From: Antechinus flavipes
Lineage: Eukaryota
Reading direction: 5' to 3'
NCBI RefSeq assembly: GCF_016432865.1
Contig: NC_067400.1
Location: 514,786,001-514,850,000, forward strand
DNA length: 64,000 nucleotides
The notes below the pieces were generated by a model. That model searched no databases and was not told the origin of the DNA. It saw only the letters and a program-made list of their open reading frames with translations. Of the stretch, positions 1-11,784 are shown one piece after another; within the stretch, counting starts at the first letter, position 1, and every line of letters starts with the position of its first letter. Both the position numbers and the translations under genes were made by a program.

Positions 1-491
1 TAGGGGCAACTTCATGATTTCCCTTCGAAGATGGGAGTCTCAGGGGAGGACTTCAGATGACTCGGGACAAGATGGCAGGGCAAGTGTCCCAGAGGAGCAG
101 AAGACTGGTCCAATAACTGTCGACCTCCTAAATTCCAGCTTCCCTCCATCTTTTCCCCCCTGTATGAAGGGCATATCGCTATAAAAACTCCCAAAGGAGA
201 ACGGAGAAAGCCCTGATACCTAACTCCTAAACCGCACTCCACCTGACTCCTTGCCGGCTCCCCACAGCCCACTTCCCAAAACAGAAATGAAATATCCCTG
301 GAACAGTTCGGGAGGTTTGCTGACCATTGCTCAGGGTTCCAGGAGAAGTTAGACCCTTCACCCCTAATCTCTACTCCCCCTCAGATTCTCTCCTCCTCCC
401 CCTGCCAATACCAAGGGGACAGCAGAGAAAGTAGACAAAACGGGGGGAGGGAGCCCCATCATCCCGAGGGGGGAAGCCTGCAGAGTCCTGT

Positions 492-501
492 CTATAAAAG
501 G
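492..501 (+). promoter_or_regulatory. TAGLN: TAGLN distal CArG box (CArG-far equivalent), degenerate CTATAAAAGG
   Basis: Context GTCCTG..ATAAAAGGCTTTTCCCGG matches the mammalian SM22-alpha distal CArG as recalled; one mismatch to CC(A/T)6GG. Confidence 0.75.
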
Positions 502-618
502 CTTTTCCCGGCTCTCTGTCATCAGTCCCGGCTCCGCCCCTTCCCAGCTCCATCGCTCAAGCACGCAGGGAATGTCTCGGGCAGCCCCCGGAAGATTGCT
601 CTGTCTTGGTGTCTTTCC

Positions 619-628
619 CCAAATATGG
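619..628 (+). promoter_or_regulatory. TAGLN: TAGLN proximal CArG box (SRF/myocardin site) CCAAATATGG
   Basis: Perfect CC(A/T)6GG in the context GTCTTTCCCCAAATATGGAGCCTGT, ~150 nt upstream of the inferred TSS. Confidence 0.92.
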
Positions 629-721
629 AGCCTGTATGGAGAGTCACTGGGGGTGTGGGGAAGGGGCTGGTTTTCTCCTAGCGGGGCGGGCTGTCTGGGG
701 GGGAGGCAGGGGGGAGGGGAT

Positions 722-753
722 TGACATCATTGGGCCACCACCAACCTTTTAAA
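722..753 (+). promoter_or_regulatory. TAGLN: TAGLN core promoter: CRE/AP1-like TGACATCA (722-729) and TATA-like TTTAAA (748-753)
   Basis: Same order and spacing as the recalled SM22-alpha core promoter. Confidence 0.8.
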
Positions 754-779
754 CCCCCCAACCCAGCCAGCGCCCTGTC

Positions 780-838
780 CTGTCCGTCGGTGTCTCGGGC
801 CCCGAAAGCATCGCCTCTTCGAGCTCTGAGAAGTCCTG
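780..838 (+). other. TAGLN: TAGLN non-coding exon 1 (TSS approximate)
   Basis: Starts ~30 nt after TTTAAA; donor CTG|GTAAGC at 839; followed by a 5-kb intron to the acceptor at 5890. Confidence 0.7.
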
Positions 839-1588
839 GTAAGCGCTCTTGTCCTTGGGATGGAGGGAGCCGGCCAGATCCAGAAGGGGGCCCTTGGGAG
901 GGGAGACGGAGGCATCCGCCAGGTGGATGCCGCGGACTTAGACTGCAGACGGCGGTTGTCCGGGTTCCCGTAAGGTGATTGCCTCCCTCCCTCCCTCTGC
1001 TCTGGAGAAGGACCACACCCCTTACTTAGTCTAGACAGGAATGTTTCCTGTAAAAAAAAAAAAGTTCGGGGAAGGAGCTCCTTCCCTCCTGATCGATACT
1101 GGCGCAATGGATGGAGTGGGAGAGCTGGAAGGGACCCCCGCGGCCCGGTAGGCGCGTTCCCCTCCCGAGGTCTGACGGAGCGCTGAGCTGGTCACCTGGA
1201 ACTCGGGCTCTCGTGGAGGTTCCGGGGATGAATGATCGAGTTGGGAGAACTTGGCAAACTGCGTTACAGGGTGGTGGGGACGGAGTGAGGCTGTCTCTGA
1301 GGGGCGTCATGGCCGGGGAGAGAGAGCGAGAGGGTGAATGAATGGCTGATTCCATGAGGGGGTGTTTGGGGGTCCCCGCGTGTAAGAAGTTTCGCTAGAG
1401 GCACTGGGAATAGAATAAGCGGGGCTGTAGGAGTGGCCAGATTCCCGGGCGTCTCTGGAGGCGGGCCGTGTGGCCAGGTGCAGATTCTGAGTGGGGCGGG
1501 ACCGGGCTCCCCACGCACCCCGCTTGGACAGCTCCCTCCCCGAGCAGAACGGAACCCAGAGCTTTACGCAGCCTGTCTGCGGGAGGCT

Positions 1589-1790
1589 GGGCACTGGGTG
1601 GCACAGCAGTTAAGAGTGCCGGCCTGGAGTCAGAAAGACTGTTTTTGTGAGCTCAGACATTTACTGGCAAGTCACTTGATTGTGCCTCAGTTTCTCCATC
1701 TGTAAAATGAACTGGAGAAGGAAATGGCAAACCGCTCTGTATCTTTGCTAAGCAAAGCCCAACTGGGGACCACAGAGGCAGACCCAGGCG
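1589..1790 (+). mobile_element. CORE-SINE with RTE-derived tail (Mar1-like)
   Basis: tRNA-like head, CORE segment gcaagtcactt..cagtttctccatctgtaaaatg, tail gagaaggaaatggcaaacc..tatctttgc. Confidence 0.7.
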
Positions 1791-3396
1791 GTGGCTGAAG
1801 CACCACTTCAGGCGGCTACCGCTCCTGAGGCAGAGGTGGGGTGGGGTTTAGATGGCTTGGGGTGGGACCCTCCTGGAAGGGGCTGGTCTGGTCTGGGCAG
1901 GGTGGGGCCTAGAGCAGCTTCCCAAAGTCTTCTTGCTTCTCCCTCTGCTGGTAACTATGGAAAAGGCGTCGGCGGCGCGGACCTGGAAAATTCCGCCCTG
2001 GGTGGTCCAGCAGCCCCTTTGGTCCTTTGGACCATCTACTCCGATGTGCTCAGATGAGCCGCTCTCTTCTGGAGCGGCTCATGGCGCTGGACTGAAGACT
2101 TTATTTAGTGCCCAGACAGTCCTAGAGTGATCCAGGGGCTTATATCCTATGGAGCTCCCGATGTTTCAAAGAGAAATCCTCTCCCCCTCCAACCTCCATT
2201 TGGGTCAATCTGGTCCCTTCTCAATTCCTTAGATTAGCATAAAGGAACAACATAAAGGAATATCAAAGGAAAACAACAACATATCAATAAAGGAAAAAAT
2301 AATTCCTTTGGTTAAGAGTGGGGGAAGCAAACAGAAACTTAAAGTCTCCTGCTCTTTGGCTATTGATTCTCCCCAGGTTTGTACTTGGTCTTATTCAAAA
2401 GTTCAGGGATAAGATTAGTAGTAGACCTAGAATAGTCAGATACACATACGCAGCTCGGGAAGAACAGACTTTAGATTTCTTGGGAATCTACATCTGTAAT
2501 CCCTGGGGAGAAGGAAGAAATTGAGGAAGGGGAACCCTTGCTTTCTCCTTCTCCCTCGTTCCCTCAGTCACCTTGCTGGTTTAAAGCTCTACAGGTGTGT
2601 GCTGCATTTGTCAGGATTGTCCATCACAGTGCACAGGCTTTCTCTTAGGTCTTGCTTATTAGACACTAATCTTCTAAAGGATAGAGCTATATCTTCTTTT
2701 GTATTTCTTCTTCCTTAGTGACTGGTATACCTTTGCATACAGTGTGACAATCAATATGTACTGAATGGTAGTAGGGGCTTTGTGGGGAAGGAGAAGGCTG
2801 CACAATGAAAGCATATGCTTTAGTTTGGGAATGCAAAAAGTCATCATAGGTGGGAAGGAGAAAAAGTTAGTAAGGGCCAAGGTTCTATGAACTCCCCATA
2901 TTCCAACTGAATGAATACCCTCGGCTTGGTGCTAGATTTTCAACTAAGTGTCAGTTTCAAAATTAATGGGGAAAAAAGGATCTAGATCTGGAAGGCAAGC
3001 TTAAATTCTGTAGTACTGTACTGTAGTACTGTAGTAGAGCCTTTGACTCTAGCTCTATCTTACCTCTTAATTTCTGGTTTTCTAGGAATTGCATGGGGAG
3101 ATAGCAAAAGGAAGAGGGATAGAGCTCCTTGTTTGGTTTCATTGGGAGGTGGGCAAATCTGTCTGCTTTTCAGACCTACTGATATTGATGGGGGTTCTAA
3201 GTGCTGATGAAATATCTTTGTTTAGGCAAAGGTGAATATTATCTGAGTCTTTACAGAATCATTGCATTTTAGAGCTAGATGTGCCTTTAGAGCTAGATCA
3301 ACTGGGCCACTTCTCTGCTATATGGAAGGAGAAGTAGAGGCGCAGAGAAAAGTGCATGGAAAAGGCCAGAGCATAATTCAAGATTTGGGGATCATG

Positions 3397-3620
3397 GGCA
3401 ATTAGGGGGTGCAGTGGTTAGAGTGCTGACTCTGGAGTCAGGAGGATCTGAATTCAAATTCAGCTTCAGATATTTCCCAGTGATTTTGGCAAGTCACTTA
3501 ACCCTTTTTCCCCAGTTTCCTTATCTGTAAAATGAGCAGGTGAAGGAAATAGCAAACCAGTGCAGTATCTTTGCCAAGAGAACCCCAAATGGGGCCGCAC
3601 ACCACTGAAACACTGAACAT
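3397..3620 (+). mobile_element. CORE-SINE with RTE-derived tail (Mar1-like)
   Basis: A/B-box-like head, CORE, tail cagtatctttgccaagagaaccccaaatgggg..actgaa. Confidence 0.72.
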
Positions 3621-5836
3621 CTCTACCAACTTGTGACTTGTATGACTTTAAGCAAGCCACTCTGCATATCAGTTTCATCAGTAAAATGAAGTTCCTATGA
3701 TCTTATAATTAAAATTGAAGTCTCCTGATTCACTCTAAGGTCTTCCTCATTTTACCCTTTTGTCTCATTTGGTAGTGTTGACCAGACAGCTGGAAACCAG
3801 TTTGTGGCCGGACTGAGAGGAAGAGAATTTCCTTCTATGCCAGGGCTCTACACTTCCAACATTCTGTTGATCTTTTTCCCTGTCCAATGTGGACACCTAA
3901 GCTGAGTTGGTGACAAGGTGGGGTTCTGGGAATATCAGGCAGAACGACTTTGCCTATATGCTTCCTACAATTATTGTCTCTTCCCTTTATCCCACTTGCC
4001 TTCATTCATCATTCATCAGCATGATGAATTAGATTTGATTTCAAAGATCGCATTTTTATAGCTGGAAGGAATCTTACGAGATCATCTAAGATAGTCCCTT
4101 CATTTTTTTCCCCTTCATTTTACATAAAACTGAGGCTTAGAAAAGTGACATAAATTAAATAAGGGAACATAGTAAATTACAGAAATAGAATTCAAATCCA
4201 AACTCCCAATCTAACACTCCTTCTAGTACCAACATCCCTTTCAGATAGGAAGACACAAGCATATGATCACACCTATGACAGCCATCTGACTATTCTAGGT
4301 CTACTACTAATCTTATCCCTGAACTTTTGAATAAGACCAAGTACAAACCTGGGGAGAATCAGTAGCCAAAGAGCCTCATTCATTCAGCAAAATTTTTATT
4401 GTCCCTGTGCCTCTTAGCCTATTCAGGTTCAGTTCCTTACCTTGTCCTTCCCACCCAACCATACCAACATTTCTGCCTGCCAGTAATAGGATCTCTTTCA
4501 CCCTGAGTCCAAAGCTATTTTCCATTTCTGGTGTAATCCTCAGTTCTGGAAGCTGGAGGAAATGGGAAGATGGGGACAGGGGTTCCTATGCTGAGGGCAG
4601 ATTATTCACAATTCTCTTGTAGCCCCTAGAAGGGCTTGGATTTCTAAACTGCTGTGGCTATATAACTGAGTGCCCCAAGGAGTGAGGTGGGACACTGAGA
4701 AGGGAGTCCAGGGTCAACTTCCACTTCAAGCTGGTCACTCTCCCCAAGAATTAGCTTCCAACCTGGGTGGGGCAGGGACTGAGCCTCTGCTAGCTAGTCT
4801 AGGGGAGAGGGTTAGGAAGGGGACCTGGGGGAAGGTCTCGGTGAATTTCAAGAGAACCACAGGATGGAACATCTTAGTCCAGAGGATGGAACCCATTCGT
4901 AGAAGTTGGTCAGATGAGATAAAAGATGGCAAGAACCAGATAGTTTAACTTGGCTCTGGGCAATATGATTGTTTGTTTCCTGTGACCTTTGATTTCAAGG
5001 TTTCCTTACTTCCTAGGGGCACTTTCTTTGTGATTATATCTTGATTACATCTTCAAATGTTACCTCCCCCGCTTGGGTTAATGATAACCCAAGGAATCTT
5101 GCCCCAGCCATCCTTGGTTTCAGAGTTGGGGTGCCCTAGGACCAGTGGTAAGGTTTGATGGAGTCTGTTCCAGACAGAGAGAAATATCAAAACGATGGTC
5201 ATTGGTTAGAGGATCAAGTTGATGCCTTGTGGAGATTGGGGCAGTGCTTGATTATCCAATAAATAGAGTAGGTATACCTAGAAGCCCATAAGGTCAGTAG
5301 AGATCATAGCTGTTACCTACCTACCTACCTACCTTAAAAAAAAAAAAAAAAAGAAAATGACAAACAAATAAATCCTTTTTATAGCCCGAGGTCTCTGGGA
5401 CTAGAGTGTAGGAAATGCAGATTCTTTTTCAATTCTAGATCTCTTAGCAATATTTCAAAAACCCAGCCTTGAAAGGGGAACAGGAACAAGGAAACAATAT
5501 ATCTTGGAGGAATGAGTGCCACATTTGAGGATCTGGATTTGAATCCTATCTTTATTATTGATTTCCTGTGTGATTTACATAGGGCAAATCCATTTCTTTC
5601 TCTTTGGGTCTCAGTTTCCAAGTCTAAAAAGTAGTTAAAATGGGAATTTCTAAGGTCCTTTGTAGTTTAAAAGCTATAACCTCCAGAGTTCCTTGCCATC
5701 TAAGAGATTCTTCTGTCAATTTTTGGGGAAGCCAAGAAGATTGCTCATCCTGCCTCTACCCACTAGTTGGAAGGATTGGAAAAATACAAAAGGTCTTAAA
5801 ATGCTACTGCCTGGGGACCAGTGAGTCATTCACTAA

Positions 5837-6142
<306 letters not shown>

Positions 6143-6184
6143 TAGAGCCTGGGGCCAGCTATCAGTACTGAACCTGGGTGCTGA

Positions 6185-6400
<216 letters not shown>

Positions 6401-6623
6401 TGATTATGTAGGCAGAGATAGAAAGCTGGGACCATGGGATGAAGAAAGGAAAGGAAAATGGCCAAGTAGATGGGAAGGCTGCAAGTCGGAAGAAAGGAAA
6501 ATGAAGCTCTTTCAATTAATGAAATACCAAGCAAGGACAAGAAAGTTGGGCAGAATCAAGGAAAGATTTCCTTAGGAGCTTATCCTTGTCCCCACTTTGG
6601 TCATTTGGATTAGGGACTGATAA

Positions 6624-6824
<201 letters not shown>

Positions 6825-6999
6825 TGATTAGTTGAAGTCACCCACCTTTATTGACTATAGGGCAGCTCATTGTCTAAGGGTAGAGAAAAAAGCAAAGAGA
6901 GAAGGCAAGGAAATGGGAAAGAGAACAGGAGGAGGTTGATGGACAGAAGACTGAAAGTGTGGAAAGTATGGAAAGACTATATATATCCAGGTCCTTTAA

Positions 7000-7164
<165 letters not shown>

Positions 7165-7821
7165 AGGGCTAGGACGCCAGCCTCTTCCCCGGCCCCTGCC
7201 CCAACTCCTCAGCTGCAGCAAGCCTAGCTCGCCCGCCTCGCCCCACCCCCTGTGCAGTCCCAGCCTTGGCCAAGCTTGGAGGCCCCCTGCCTCCTCAGGG
7301 TGGCTCTCTCTCTATCCTAAAGCACCTTTCCCTGACCCAACCAAAATCATCTTCCCAATCTCCACAACCATCTTCTACCACTTGCCCTGAGAGGGAGGCT
7401 AGCTTGAGGACTAGTTATGTCCTCTTTGAAAAAGACAACAGCCCAGAGAAGGAATTTCCAGTCCATGCTCTCCCCCCTCCCCAACTCCACTTTCCATTTT
7501 GTACATTGGTATTTTGGGAGTTAAAATTTAGAGGAAAAAATACTATGTCAATCTTTTCTCACACCCGGCTAGCCTAGCAATCTTGAATTGTGGTAAGCCC
7601 TTAGGTAGTGCTGGGGATGGGAGGGGAGGAACCAGGCCTACTTTGTGCCCTGTCATACTGAGAGTTCAGACAAAGTCCTGGACTAGGTGGAAAATGAGGA
7701 GGTGCCCCGAGCTTGCTTTTGGTTGAAAAATGAAAGGAGAATCAGGGTGCAGACACTGGATCTGTGATTTAAATGAGGAATTGGGGAAAATAGAGAGAGT
7801 CTAAGGTTGGCTAGGTAGGTT

Positions 7822-7827
7822 TTTATT
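7822..7827 (-). terminator. PCSK7: Candidate PCSK7 poly(A) signal AATAAA
   Basis: TTTATT on + strand, ~1.16 kb past the PCSK7 stop. Confidence 0.6.
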
Positions 7828-7884
7828 TTGGAAAAGCTGTGCAGAAAAAAAAAAATCAAAAAAATTTTGCTGTGAAAAGAGAAA

Positions 7885-7890
7885 AATAAA
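7885..7890 (+). terminator. TAGLN: Candidate TAGLN poly(A) signal AATAAA
   Basis: First canonical AATAAA I find on + after the TAGLN stop. Confidence 0.4.
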
Positions 7891-8989
7891 TTTAAGCCCT
7901 TAAAAAAATACTTCAAACCAACAAACCAGCTCTGAATGGGGGAGGCAGCCCAGGTTGGGGAGGAACAGAAACCCTGAGAGGTATGCCATTATCTCCTAGG
8001 GGCCCAGCCTCTGCTTCCCTGGGCACTTCCCAGAGGACAAGGCCTCTCTCCATAGTCTGGGTTGTTCTCCCACAACGTTCCTGTGCACCTGCCTACTTGC
8101 CTCCCTGGCATGGCCTCTATGAAACCTCCCTTTCAGGCCCCAACTGGGGCCCAGGACTACTTCTCAAGGAGGATTGCGTAGACCAAGTGGCAAGTGGCTG
8201 CTCTTTGGGATCCTGGGGGATGAGAATAAAGGCAGCTCATTCAAGGCAGGGCCAGTTCCCTGGGCCATAATGACCTGGACCAAGGTTAAGCCTCCCCTGA
8301 GGAGGCCTAAAGTACAAATTTCAGGAGGAAAGATGGAGGCGTGGCAGTTTGAATAGCAATTGGGGGGAGGGGTACGAGTCTTCCCCTGCTTCTGGCTCTT
8401 TTAAAAATGTATGGGGGAGGGACATCACCTAAGGGAAAGTCCTTGATATCCCCAGCATGCATTTCTGCACCTTCTCCACCCTACCTCTCTCTCCAAAACA
8501 AGTACTCAGGTGCCCTCCACTTGTTTCTTTTGAAATTCTGCTTCAGTGGTGGCAGGTCTCTTTTGTGCCCAAGCTGGTACAGTTAGGATTCTCCCTTTCC
8601 ACACCCACAGCACAGAGTGCCTGCTTATTTTCTGGCTACAAACTGATCTTCCAAGCTGTAATGCTGTGTGTCCTCCATTCCCACCTGAGCTTGGGGCACC
8701 CCTTTTCTGGGCTGTGCACCTTGGAGGCCCCCTGGGCCTCAGAGTAAGGGACCTGTGCCCTACCTGAGCTAGGTGGAGTGAGGGAAGAGGGCAGACAGGG
8801 TCTTGTAGCCCTCTAGGACCTTAGAAGCAGAGGAGGTATGACTTGGCTGTAGGTCTCCTAGCTCAGCCTGGAAACCTCCAGAAAGGGTGAAGGCAGCTCC
8901 TCTGGGCTTCTGTTTCCCACCCCTCCCCAGCAGAAATCAGGGCTCGGGGGGCTGTGCAAATTCTGTCCTGAGTCTGCTGTGCCATTGGG

Positions 8990-9364
8990 TCAGCACACCT
9001 GTTGTTGTTCCTGCTCCCTGTGAAGCAGGTCGGGTTGGAGGTTCTGATGGGCGAGTTCTGGGAGTCTGTCCCTGCCCTGGACCAGGCCCCAGTTGCTCTG
9101 ACCCAATAGATCAGGGGCCTGAAGGCCAGAAGAGGGAGGGTAGTCTTCCGTCTCGGTATCAGCCTCGCCCGTGTCCTTGCCGTGGTATAGAGGCACCGAT
9201 TCCAGCTCTGTCCCCTCCTCCAAGGCCTTTCGGCTGCTCTGGAGCCACCAGCAGCGGCCTCCTGTGCAGGCTAGGTCAAAGGTCACATCCCTCTGGCTCA
9301 GATAAACCTCTAGTAGGTAGTAGAGGGTCCAGAAGACGGCAAAGCAGCCCAGCAGCATCAGGGT
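8990..9364 (-). CDS. PCSK7: PC7 coding exon 15 (TM helix + cytosolic tail) to stop
   Basis: TLMLLGCFAVFWTLYYLLEVYLSQ...EEGTELESVPL...QQQVC-TGA; acceptor at 9365. Confidence 0.96.
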   Translation of the reverse strand, partial: TLMLLGCFAVFWTLYYLLEVYLSQRDVTFDLACTGGRCWWLQSSRKALEEGTELESVPLYHGKDTGEADTETEDYPPSSGLQAPDLLGQSNWGLVQGRDRLPELAHQNLQPDLLHREQEQQQVC

Positions 9365-9573
9365 CTGGGGAACCCAAATACCTGCGATCAGGGGCTGGTG
9401 TCCTTTCTGGACTCCGGGCTAGAGGAGCTTGTTGGAGCAGGGACCCTAACCAGAATTGTTTCCAGGACCCCAAACTTCAGTTTCCCCACTCCTTAAACCT
9501 CCCTGAATCTTGGGCACCAGCCTACCCTAAACCGTTCCTGTGAACACTCAGAGACCTGGCTGAGCCTGGGTAC

Positions 9574-9691
9574 CTTGAGAGTGTTGGGGCTCATGGTGTA
9601 GCCCTCGTCCTCGGGGATGTCTAGTCCGGGGGGGCAGGGCAGAGAGAAACCGTCGTGCAGATACTTCCCACTCATGGCATCCTCCAGCTGC
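9574..9691 (-). CDS. PCSK7: PC7 coding exon 14
   Basis: [22 protein letters not shown]...PNTLK; 118 nt. Confidence 0.96.
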
Positions 9692-9991
9692 CTATAGAGG
9701 AGAGGAGACAAGAACGTTTAGCTGAAAATGATAGGCCGAGACCTCCCCCACCCACAGCCCCACTTGTCCTATGGCTGGGGGAAGCGGGAGGGAAGGACAA
9801 GCCTCAAGTGGACCCACGGCTCTAATCTCTGCGCTTCCTCCCAGTTACTGAGCTCCCACATTTCTGAGGGCTGGACCCTGGGCAACCTGATTGAGCCCTC
9901 AGCGGGCCACAAATAAGCAGTCACCAAGTGTTAATGAAGTGCCCGACACTGTGTGAGGCGCTGGGCACACAGAAGCCAAAGCCAGCCCTAC

Positions 9992-10085
9992 CTTTGCCTC
10001 TCTCTGATGTCGGCCGGACTCCACACGGAGCCATAGAGTGTCAGCTGCCACTGCTGAAGGGCCCCAGCTGGGAGGGGCTCATCCC
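9992..10085 (-). CDS. PCSK7: PC7 coding exon 13 (end of P domain)
   Basis: [30 protein letters not shown]; 94 nt. Confidence 0.96.
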
Positions 10086-10589
10086 CTAGGGAAGAAGGAG
10101 AGGCAGAGGAGCCCTGAGTCACACCTGGTTTGGTCTTGTCAAAGGACATGGAGCCGCCTGCGCAGACTTCTAGAGCCCTAGGGCAGTTCTGAAGCATCAG
10201 AACACTGGGCTCTACAAGTCACCAGGTGACTCTGAGTTAGTTACTTTGTAACTTTGCCCTATCATTTTCCAATATAATGGGAATAACAAATCCATCCTCT
10301 GCCAGCCTGCTAGGGATAGCATAAAGATGAATGAATAGAAAAAGTTCCTGAAAAATGCTCTCAACAGAAATAGCTCACTTCTCCTGAGGTATTAGGAGGT
10401 ACAAAGTAGATTGAAACTGAGCCAGTTTAACATCCGCTGAAAGACACCCCTCATGTTTTCTACCTCTGCCCCTTGGCCATTCTGTTTTCTCGAAGTGGAA
10501 ATAGGACCACTCCATCAGGGAATTTTAAGATACTGGAAGACTCATCCCATAGTGCCAGGCGTGGCTCTGGGGGAAAAAAGGAGGCTTAC

Positions 10590-10684
10590 CTACATCCCTG
10601 ATGACAAGTTTATAGGTGCCCTGGGCACGCTCCCCCCAGCACCGAACCGTGGAGAAGGTCCAATCGTTGAAGCCACTGGGATCT
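10590..10684 (-). CDS. PCSK7: PC7 coding exon 12 (P domain)
   Basis: [31 protein letters not shown]; 95 nt. Confidence 0.97.
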
Positions 10685-11104
10685 CTACAGAAAAGCAGAA
10701 GAGAGAGCAGGGAGGGTAGGACACAGCTCACAGACTCTTCCATCCCAGAAACATTATGCTCCTGTTGCATATGGCACAGAACACAACATTGCCGGCTGTG
10801 GGAAAGCACAACTTTGAGGAGTTTTAAGAGAGTGGCCTAAGAGTATTCCCAAGTGTGGTACACTCAGGGTTAGCTTGCGCTTTCCTCTCCAGGAAATAAG
10901 CAACTTTATAAGCTGATGCGTCTGTCTCCTGAAGACACTGCCAGGTTCGCAGATCAAGCAATATCCTAACTTCTTCTTGGATGTTCTCTTCCCCTTCCCC
11001 ACCCCCAACCAGAAACATTATTTCCTGTGCTATAAAAAGAAAGCATAGAGCAAAAAGGAGATGAGGAGGCAAGGGGCCTGCGCTAGATCTGGGGATATAC
11101 ATAC

Positions 11105-11261
11105 TTGTCCAGGGTTCGTGGGGCACCAATTAGGGACATCATGCCACTGGGACAAAAGAGCTTCAGCTCTAAGCTACCTCGACAGGGGTGGGTGATGGAG
11201 ACAGTCACTGCTACATGCTCCAGGGTCCTCAGCCCTGACATCTCCAGGTCACTCTTGCTGA
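11105..11261 (-). CDS. PCSK7: PC7 coding exon 11 (P domain)
   Basis: [51 protein letters not shown]; 157 nt. Confidence 0.97.
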
Positions 11262-11784
11262 CTGAAAAAAGCCAATCAATGAAATCCATAAATACAATAT
11301 ACAAATCCTAACTTCCACCCAATAAAATGCCACAACACTCCCAAACTATTTCCCTTCTTAAGGAGAACTTCACTCAATACTCTTGCATTTAATGGACATT
11401 TATTAAGCACCTACTGTGTCCAAATAATACTAGTAAATGAAAGACAAATCATATTAACAAATGAAAATTCCTGCCTTGCTAAAATGAATAGTCTGGTTAG
11501 AAAAAAACCACATGCTATGAATACTAAACTGAAGCAAAATGATATATATAGAAAGTAAATATATAATGAATGGACAGAGAATTAAAAAAAAAAAATTTTA
11601 GAGTATTTTGGGGTTTAAGTACTTCCAGAATAAAAACCTGCCTAAAATGTAGGTAATTCAAGTATGATCAAGCCCATTTTATAGATGAAAAAACTGATAC
11701 TTGGAGAGGTCTCGAGAACTTGTAGTCACTGTCAGAGCTGGGGTTCAAATCCAGTTCTCCTAAATTAACTTCTGGTATTTTTTC

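Noticed and set aside
965-976. Second donor-like CCC|GTAAGG that would lengthen TAGLN exon 1
   Set aside because: No supporting evidence; the donor at 839 fits the known short exon 1
1-1560. GC-rich cluster of short ORFs, first suspected to be an ERV gag/LTR fragment
   Set aside because: No gag motifs or PBS; CArG boxes, TATA and a splice donor identify it as the TAGLN promoter, exon 1 and intron
8887-9543. 218-aa + strand ORF
   Set aside because: Antisense shadow of the GC-rich PCSK7 last exon; no recognisable domain
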